A stretch of 64,000 bases of DNA from Tubiluchus corallicola (Eukaryota; Animalia; Priapulida). The notes under the pieces are model-generated. The model searched no databases and had not been told where the DNA came from. It saw only the letters and a list, made by a program, of their open reading frames with translations. The translations under genes were made by a program, and so were the position numbers. Location: the NCBI GenBank assembly GCA_030141605.1, contig JAQGDQ010000774.1:1-64000 (forward strand). Reading direction: 5' to 3'. This document shows, piece after piece, positions 55,791-64,000 of the stretch. How positions within the stretch are numbered: the stretch's first letter is position 1; each line of letters starts with the position of its first letter.

Positions 55791-56284
55791 GTTGTTGTTG
55801 GCATCCTTCTGTCTCGGAAAACAATGGAGTGTGCGCCAAGAGAGTCAGTTATTGATCACATTGATGGAGCTGCAGCGTCGACTGTGACTGAGCAGTCCGA
55901 TCCTTGAACGTCTCCAGGGCAAAGTATATGGAGATCCTGAGTTGCCCAGACAACAGGAACCCCCTCTCTTCCTCTATGGTGTTGTCCAAAGGAAAACGGA
56001 GCGATACGTTTAGCACCAGGTTGGCTGCAGGAGCTGCCGGAGTCAGTGAGCATGCTGCACTGATCCGCCTTCGGGGCTCCACTCCTGATTTGGAAGGTTT
56101 ACTCCTCTACACATGGCCGTTGGGTCGCTTGACCTCCTCCGCCCTCTAGCCGTTGGCTGCTTGTGCAGCTCCTCCGCCTAGTGCCGAGATACAGCGTGGG
56201 CATGCCGCAAGCTTACAGCACCTGGCGTTCCTAGGCGTTCACCCATCCAAGTACAAACCAGGCTCTACGTTGCTCATTACGTTA
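55791..56284 (-). mobile_element. 5S rRNA-headed, RTE-tailed SINE (SINE3-like), 5'-truncated
   Basis: Minus strand: 5S 3' half (56274-56209), GC-rich body, 3' end CTCCATTGTTTTCCGAGACAGAAGGATGC(CAA)n. Flanked by direct repeat cagacgtcagag[ttaatat]gctctaatt at 55763-55790 and 56285-56305. Confidence 0.8.
56209..56274 (-). pseudogene. 5S rRNA-derived fragment (3' half with internal promoter IE/box C)
   Basis: AGCAACGTAGAGCCTGGTTTGTACTTGGATGGGTGAACGCCTAGGAACGCCAGGTGCTGTAAGCTT aligns to metazoan 5S from about position 54 to the end. Confidence 0.88.
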
Positions 56285-56729
56285 CAGACGTCAGAGGCTC
56301 TAATTAGCAGTGAACTAATTAACGATATCCTGTTCAGTAGAAAAATCGTGACAACGGTGAACAATTTTTTCTTCGGCTGAGTACAACTGTGTCCAGGGAT
56401 CAGTACAAGGATCGGTACTTTCACCGTTCCTCTTTATATAGTATATAGCGGATTTTCGAAAATTTCTCCCTGAAGTGAAAACATTTAATTATACAGATGC
56501 CAGTACGTTTCACGTAAGCAAAAACAATGGCAGCGAACGTATAGAAGCATGTACGAAACAATATATCCCTGCGTTATTTTTCTTTTTCGCAAATATTAAT
56601 ATAGCCATCGATATTGCATTAATAAAACATAGAATCGACAGTCTGTTAAAAGAGAGATTAAATCTTAGAATATTATGTTGAAACGTGTCAATTTTTGTTC
56701 GTTAAATAAGAAAAAAGTAAATTTAAGAC

Positions 56730-56889
56730 TGAATTCCGCGAGGATTCCCCGCGAAAATGGAACATGCAGTATTTCTACCGCGCGGCAAAGTTCCGCACGA
56801 GGAGGACGCATAGCCTGTAGCTGGCAGCAGAATTCGTGAGAGAAATTACACGAGGAATTTTCCTGCGCGTCCTCACTGTGAAATGGGCC
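56730..56889. mobile_element. PIF/Harbinger-like MITE end (partial)
   Basis: Ends tgtgaaatgggcc followed by taa, with internal cgagga/ccgcg subrepeats; left TIR not seen. Confidence 0.45.
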
Positions 56890-57734
56890 TAACTAAACCG
56901 AAGATGCATTATTTATTTGTATGCACATTGCGTAAACTTGTCCAAATTGTTACTCGATTTAATATCTTTGTTGTAATGTACAGTAACTATTGTAATCAGA
57001 CACGTGTGTGAACAAACTGCATGAAAAACACACCCCCCTTTGCACGTATTCACACTGCATTACGAAATAACATTAATTCAGGGAGTTATTTTATTACTTT
57101 ATTGTTTAGAATTTTTGTTATTACATTATACGTTTCTGAGGTGTTACAATATGGGTTAAACATCGGGTTATTACATTATGCGTTTTGTGGATCTTGCATT
57201 ACGTATTACACGCTTTTATTACACTATCGGTTAGTTATTACATTATTACATTGTTAGATTTTTATTAGCCCTACATTGTGTGTCGATTTTTTCAGTAATA
57301 AAATCTCTGGCGCTTATAACATTGTCAGTTCTAACAAAAATGTGCCTTTTTTACTGCTTCTAATTCGTTATGTAGTGGCTCTTCGGTCGTTTAGATACTG
57401 GCATGCGCATGCGCAGTGGAATTTCTATCAGAGACGTTTTTCTAAGATAATGGAGGAGGAGGAAGATGAGGAGGAGAGAAATGAAATGGCTGTACGAACT
57501 GTCGATAAAACCTCAGATTGCTTTCTCGTGTAGGCAATATAGTTTGCTTTTGAGATCAAGCAAAATCTGGGATTAGTTGTCACGTGACGAACAAGGATTA
57601 GATGACACACACTGAAGCCAAGTATTACGAAAAACACTCAGGATCCATGCGAAACTTAAGCCTGAAAAGTAAATGGGCTTCACAAAGGCTCTATTAGATA
57701 AGGTAAAAATCATGAGGCTTCATCTGTCTAATGC

Positions 57735-57986
57735 ACGATGATAATGATGATGATGATGATGATGACGTTGACGACGATGATGATGACGACGACGACGATG
57801 ATGATAATAATGAGGATGACGATGACGATGAATGACTTTAACAATGGCGATGGCGATGACGACGACGATAATGATGATGCTGCTGCTGCTGCTGATGATG
57901 ATGATGACGTTGATGATGATGATGGTGGTGATGATGATGGTGGTGGTGGTGATGATGATGATGAGGGTGAAGATGATGATGATGAT
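57735..57986. repeat. Degenerate (GAT)n tract
   Basis: Direct inspection. Confidence 0.9.
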
Positions 57987-58107
57987 AAAAATATTCAAAA
58001 CTATTCAAAAACGAGTAACTAATTGGTAGTTAAACAATGATGGTTCTGCAAAGAAATTGTGAGAAGACATTGTGATGAAATTGCTGATATGATATGTGCA
58101 TGATTAC

Positions 58108-58335
58108 CTTCCATTCTCCAGACACTGGGTCTATATCTAGTAAACTATAATCCGAATCCCTGTCACCATTAGCGTCAATGACCACATCACCAGTTATGCC
58201 TCTAAACGTCCTGTTCCACATCCTGGCTGTTATTGCCGATCCGTTCTTTGGATCTCCTCCCTCTTCCAAGTGTTCTTTGAGGGCGATTGAGTACAGAATG
58301 ACGGAGTCGTGAAACCCACCAACAAACGGGTTGAC
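58108..58335 (-). CDS. NPR-like guanylyl cyclase, ANF-receptor ectodomain exon
   Basis: tctAG|VNPFVGGFHDSVILYSIALKEHLEEGGDPKNGSAITARMWNRTFRGITGDVVIDANGDRDSDYSLLDIDPVSGEWK|gtaatc, phase 0/0; classic FHD..LY..AL and MWNRTF.G.TG...ID.NGDR..D motifs. Confidence 0.95.
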
Positions 58336-58509
58336 CTAGAAAACATTCAGATTAGTTCGGGTGAGTAGGTCAGCTGACTTATTTTCACTTACCATTTGAT
58401 TAAATTTTATAAAATTATTATGAGTTTATTTCGTATAAAAATATACAGTTTACAGAGATAAAGATGTTAGTAAAACAGGTAATGCGATGTTAGTAAAGTA
58501 ACATATCTA

Positions 58510-59078
58510 CAGACATTCAACTTTATAATAACCACACGTTGTAGTTCCCTTGTAATTATATGTTATTATACAGTGTTGTAAAGAGCTAATCTTAAAACAT
58601 AATCTTTAAATGAGTTCTTAACCTTTAATTTTACATTTTCGTTTAGATCTACAGTACAGCCATATTTAAATCTTAAATTTACTTGACTGTTACTTACATA
58701 GTAGCATAGCTTTGTAATTCTCAATGTGCAAGAGTTTGCAATTTTTCTCACAAAGTTTAATTTTCGACTATCTATTAAACAATTCGCAGTCATTGTGCCA
58801 CAAAAATACATTAACAATTTGACGCTTTCATTTTGTCTAAAAAATTTTTCTATAAGCAGTGTTCCATTTTACCCTAATGCCATTAACTTCATTGTTTGAT
58901 ATACCCTCAATTTCGCATCCGTATAACAAAATGGGTAGACAATATGTATTGATCAGAGTTTTAGCTACTATGTCATTACGATTATGGCCCATACTTGAAA
59001 GAATATTATTCACGGAAGACGAATAATGTTGGTGAAACTTTCTTATGGTATAAATTGAGACATCAAGATATAATATCA
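58510..59078 (-). mobile_element. 5'-truncated LINE (RTE-X-like) fragment in intron
   Basis: Adjacent ORFs ...VNNILSSMG...LINTYCLPILLYGCE...WNTAYRKIF and ...IDSRKLNFVRKI... resemble the post-RT region of non-LTR ORF2. Confidence 0.7.
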
Positions 59079-59716
59079 TTTGGTTCTTAAAATGCGATGT
59101 TTATACAACGTGAATGGCACAGTGCCGCATCAGTTACACCTGGGCTGGATCAACCAGATGCTTTACTCACCTGTTAAGCGCATTATTGACGTAACCGCCT
59201 CTGGTTTTGTGTTAGATCTTCAAATTTCAGATTTACCTCTGTGCTCACGCATGAGCTCGCAAACTAACTGAAAGGTACTGCACCTGTTTTTTTAGTAATG
59301 CGTTTTCGAAATGCAGGCGCTAGTGAAAGGCGAAATGTATGTAACAGTGAACAACTAGTGGCGCGAACGTGAAGTTGTGTTTGCGTGGTAATAATTCTTT
59401 CACGTAAGTCATTGCTGAAAACATAGTAAGTTTCCTTTCAACATTTGTTGTAGATTGTTTTGATCTACAGTTTAAGATCTACAGTTTCTTTTGCTGTTAA
59501 GAACTGGCTCTTAGGACTTGCCTTCACTTTCAGATATCTCGTGATACTCAGTTTTCTGTTGCTTCTCATATTCATACATTGAATTTTTCTAGATGCAGTT
59601 ACCTGTTCTTAAATCCAGTTACTTTTCTCAGCCTTCCTATCTGTGGAAGCCTTTACTTATCGGAAATTTTTTCTCTGCTGATAAAGTTGCACTCGTTTTA
59701 AAAAGAACATCGAGAG

Positions 59717-60483
59717 AAAGCTTTGTCATTAACAAATTAATAGTAAGCGTTCCTGCACAAAGCTTTGTCATTAACAAATTAATAGTAAGCGTTCCTGCAC
59801 AAAGCTTTGTCATTAACAAATTAATAGTAAGCGTTCCTGCACAAATCTTTGGCATTAACAAATTAATAGTAAGCGTTCCTGCACAAATCTTTGTCATTAA
59901 CAAATTAATAGTAAACGTTCCTGCAAAAATCTTTGTCATTAACAAATTAATAGTAAGCGTTCCTGCACAAATCTTTGTCATTAACAAATTAATAGTAAAC
60001 GTTCCTGCACAAATCTTTGTCATCAACAAATTAATAGTAAGCGTTCCTGCACAAATCTTTGTCATTAACAAATTAATAGTAAACGTTCCTGCACAAATCT
60101 TTGTCATTAACAAATTAATAGTAAACGTTCCTGCAAAAATCTTTGTCATTAACAAATTAATAGTAAGCGTTCCTGCACAAATCTTTGTCATTAACAAATT
60201 AATAGTAAACGTTCCTGCACAAATCTTTGTCATTAACAAATTAATAGTAAGCGTTCCTGCACAAATCTTTGTCATTAACAAATTAATAGTAAGCGTTCCT
60301 GCACAAATCTTTGTCATTAACAAATTAATAGTAAACGTTCCTGCACAAATCTTTGTCATTAACAAATTAATAGTAAACGTTCCTGCACAAATCTTTGGCA
60401 TTAACAAATTAATAGTAAGCGTTCCTGCACAAATCTTTGTCATTAACAAATTAATAGTAAGTGTTCCTGCACAAACCTTTGTC
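59717..60483. repeat. 42-bp minisatellite, ~18 copies (intronic)
   Basis: Unit aaatctttgtcattaacaaattaatagtaa(g/a)cgttcctgcac. Confidence 0.97.
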
Positions 60484-60822
60484 TCGCCTTTGCGCACGGG
60501 GGCGCTTGCCCCACGTCACCCCCACCTTGCTACGTTGAATTAATCTTTCTTTATTCTCCATTGTTCAATGTTTAGCATTGTCATATTACTTGCTTCATTG
60601 TCTACATGCGTGCAATATCTGTGTTCTCATGTACAAGCGAGACATTTAAATCTGTGGTTCGCATGCTTAATTTAGTGCTTTAACGGAAGTGGTGCTGCCA
60701 AGCCACTGTAGCAGTGTCTAGTTTTTTTTGCTGGATTACTGCTGCGTTTACCTGTCTGAAGGCAGATTTCTTTTATTTTAGAATTCTGCCTGCCCAATGT
60801 CTACAATAGACTTGACGGGCGT

Positions 60823-60867
<45 letters not shown>

Positions 60868-60877
60868 CTTAATTTAC

Positions 60878-61012
60878 CTCTTCCTTCCCATAGTCAAAGT
60901 TGTAATCCCTTTTGGCGCGTTTTCTCACTTCCTCTGTGAAGTTGGTGTATTCTTCGTCGGTTGGTTTTAACAAAGATATAAGAAATAGCGATTCATATGC
61001 CTTCCTAGCTAT
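60878..61012 (-). CDS. NPR-like guanylyl cyclase, ANF-receptor ectodomain exon
   Basis: ttttAG|IARKAYESLFLISLLKPTDEEYTNFTEEVRKRAKRDYNFDYGKEE|gtaaat, phase 0/0. Confidence 0.93.
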
Positions 61013-61396
61013 CTAAAAACAAAAACAAAATTTAATATGTAAACATTTGACTTGTGATGGGCAAGAATAGTTTTGAGAACATAAATTGTGCGAAATTTCA
61101 GCTTTGTAGGGCACTTGTTTCTAATATTATTGTAGTTTAAACTTTGGCACATTTTCCGACCCGATATAATAATTTCTCGTTAAAAGAACGGGACAAAACT
61201 ATAACGGTAAAACTGAGACGAATATTTATAACTTTGCGTGATTCTAGGCAAAAGCTTACGTAGGTTAACAGAAGTCACAGCAACCTTTTCTGTGGCCAGT
61301 AAAATTGCTCATTGATTTTACATCACTAACACGAGGATCTTCATTGATTATCGAACACAGTAGTAAGTTTTTCCATTTCCACATCATCATTTTATA

Positions 61397-62643
61397 CAGA
61401 TCAGGCAGGTACAACCATGTATGTACCACGTATGTATAGACCAGGCAGGTACAACTATGTATGTGCCACGTATGTATAGACCAGGCAGGTACAACTATGT
61501 ATGTGCCACGTACGTATAGACCAGGCAGGTACAACCATGTATGTGCCACGTACGTATAGACCAGGCAGGTACAACTATGTATGTACCACGTAGGTATAGA
61601 CCAGGCAAGTACAACTATGTATGTGCCACGTACGTATAGACCAAGCAGGTACAACCATGTATGTACCACGTATGTATAGACCAGGCAGGTACAACCATGT
61701 ATGTGCCACGTACGTATAGACCAGGCAGGTACAACCATGTATGTGCCACGTACGTATAGACCAGGCAGGTACAACCATGTATGTACCACGTACGTATAGA
61801 CCAGGCAGGTACAACCATGTATGTACCACGTAGGTATAGACCAGGCAAGTACAACCATGTGTGTGCCACGTACGTATAGACCAGGCAAGTACAACCATGT
61901 ATGTACCACGTATGTATAGACCAGGCAGGTACAACTATGTATGTGCCACGTACGTATAGACCAAGCAGGTACAACTATGTATGTACCACGTACGTATAGA
62001 CCAGGCAAGTACAACCATGTATGTACCACGTATGTATAGACCAGGCAGATACAACTATGTATGTACCACGTATGTATAGACCAGGTAGGTACAACCATGT
62101 ATGTACCACGTATGTATAGACCAGGCAAGTACAACCATGTGTGTGCCACGTACGTATAGACCAGGCAGGTACAACTATGTATGTACCACGTATGTATAGA
62201 CCAGGCAGGTACAACTATGTATGTGCCACGTACGTATAGACCAAGCAGGTACAACTATGTATGTGCCACGTACGTATAGACCAAGCAGGTACAACTATGT
62301 ATGTACCACGTACGTATAGACCAGGCACGTACAACTATGTATGTACCACGTATGTACAGACCAGGTAGATACAACTATGTATGTACCACCTATGTACAGA
62401 CCAGGTAGATACAACTACGTATGTACCAAGTATGTACAGACCAGGTAGATACAACTACGTATGTACCACGTATGTATAGACCAGGTAGATACAACTACGT
62501 ATGTACCACCTATGTACAGACCAGGTAGATACAACTACGCATGTACCACCTATGTACAGACCAGGTAGATACAACTATGTATGTACCACCTATGTACAGG
62601 TCAGGCAGCTAGAACTACGTATGTACCAAGTATGTACAGACCA
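61397..62643. repeat. 40-bp minisatellite, ~31 copies (intronic)
   Basis: Unit tagaccaggcaggtacaa(c/t)catgtatgt(a/g)ccacgta(c/t)gta, drifting to a second variant after ~62350. Confidence 0.97.
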
Positions 62644-62741
62644 GACATGTACCATTTAACAAAATACAATCTCATTTTTTAACAGTGGCGGTAAATAAAA
62701 ACGAATTTGAAGACTCGTCCAAAAATTACCTTACAGACAAT

Positions 62742-62742
<1 letters not shown>

Positions 62743-62773
<31 letters not shown>

Positions 62774-62855
62774 TGGATAGACAGACAGACTGACTGACTG
62801 ACTGACTGACTGACTGACTGACAGACAGACAGACAGACAGGCAGGCAGGCAGACA
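62743..62855. repeat. (AGAC)n/(TGAC)n/(AGGC)n tetranucleotide tract
   Basis: Direct inspection. Confidence 0.9.
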
Positions 62856-63008
62856 AATAGGTAGATACATAGTTTATACTTATATTGTAAAAATTCATTC
62901 TTTCAAAGGAAGTATAACATCATCTTGCCTTTTCATAATGATGCACAAGCAATTTAACATTTACGTTACTGAGAAATTACAAGTGTCTTAGTATAGTGTA
63001 TTTGTTAC

Positions 63009-63169
63009 CTCATCTTTGTCGTCTCCTCTTTTCCAGTGCATGTTCCCAAAGTACCCGCTCTTGAAGAGCAAAGTGGTGATGTAAACATATTCTCCGTTAC
63101 ACATGCCCATCTCATAAGCAGTAATCATTATTTCCCGAACCACGTCAGCATGAGCGCTCACAACTATTA
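63009..63169 (-). CDS. Atrial natriuretic peptide receptor-like membrane guanylyl cyclase, most 5' exon in window
   Basis: ttcAG|(x)IVVSAHADVVREIMITAYEMGMCNGEYVYITTLLFKSGYFGNMHWKRGDDKDE|gtaaca, phase 1/0; resembles NPR IMLVAHRHGMTSGDY...WKRGDKHD. Confidence 0.93.
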
Positions 63170-64000
63170 CTGAATATAAAAAAACACAATTGATGAGAAA
63201 AAAGTTGCTAAAAAGCTGGAGGCGAAAATTAGGAATTTTAAAAGTACATTCCCAAAATTTTCTATACATACAAAGTTTTTCTATACAAAGCTATATTACT
63301 TAGCATTACGTTTATCTGTTTGAAAGACTCATGTAACTAGAAAAGAAAATTGTTAGTTTGTTAAAATGTTTGCGCCACCTGGTAAAGGAAAACCGGATGA
63401 TTGCGTAAACATTAGTTCAGAATAAAGAATGCTCTAAAATATTAAAAACTACAATAGCTTAATTTAAATCAAAGCTTAGATTAAATAATAATTACCTCGG
63501 ATACTCAAATTTTGTTAAGCTTTCAAAGCAACGCGCGGCTCAGTGAATCTACTAAGATTGGCAACGGTGCATTTTTGTCACATTCGCATGGCTGGCAAAT
63601 AGAAGGCTGTACTGTGATAACTATGATCATGAACTGCAATGTTAGTTTCTGACGTCATATGATGTAGAGCACATTTTTCATGATATCATGGGTTCAAGCA
63701 GTACTGTAACACTTATGCAAATGCTTGACGAGCAAGGAAAGATGCCTGCCATTGCACAAACTGTGGTTAGTTTCTAACGTAAGCAATAGCTGTGTTCGGT
63801 TGCCGTTAATTAACTTTCTAAGCTAATTATTCAAATATGAGGAACAATTGTTAACTTTTATAGGCAAGAAAATGCATGTTTTGGACAGTAAATTAAAATG
63901 ACATTGAGTCTCAACAATCGTTCGGTTTTCTTTTAAACGGTACTACATCGCATTCCCAGTGTGCACCACTGGCTCACAAACAACCGCTCTCTTGATCTTG

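Noticed and set aside
56209-56274. Functional 5S rRNA gene
   Set aside because: The 5' half is missing, there is no oligo-T terminator, and it is embedded in a TSD-flanked retroposon.
59593-60543. 316-aa and 286-aa ORFs on both strands
   Set aside because: Products of the 42-bp tandem repeat.
61265-62254. 329-aa ORF and overlapping ORFs
   Set aside because: Products of the 40-bp tandem repeat; the same peptide appears in all three frames.

Overview
AT-rich, microsatellite-laden eukaryotic DNA from an invertebrate animal (lophotrochozoan-like is my inference), not prokaryotic. The right third (46642-63169, minus strand) holds eight spliced exons of a natriuretic-peptide-receptor-like membrane guanylyl cyclase: ANF-receptor ectodomain C-terminal part, TM helix and start of the kinase-homology domain. 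Its 5' exons lie beyond the window, and I could not find the remaining kinase/cyclase exons by eye. The left two thirds are a ~29-kb-offset direct segmental duplication (320-17076 vs 29324-41411). It contains a complete 3-exon secreted C-type lectin gene (16812-18914, minus) and an intact orphan paralogous last exon (41139-41386) with a strong excess of amino-acid changes. The rest is nested mobile DNA: Academ-like transposon relics sitting in the centre of palindromes, Kolobok-, piggyBac- and Harbinger-like MITEs, LINE 3' fragments, a copy-specific RTE-like insertion with an 11-bp TSD, and a 5S-rRNA-headed, RTE-tailed SINE. There are also many minisatellites (11, 21, 31/93, 40, 42, 51, 76, ~98 bp). 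Nearly all long ORFs in the supplied track are repeat artefacts. All family assignments come from motif recognition by eye; no database search was run.
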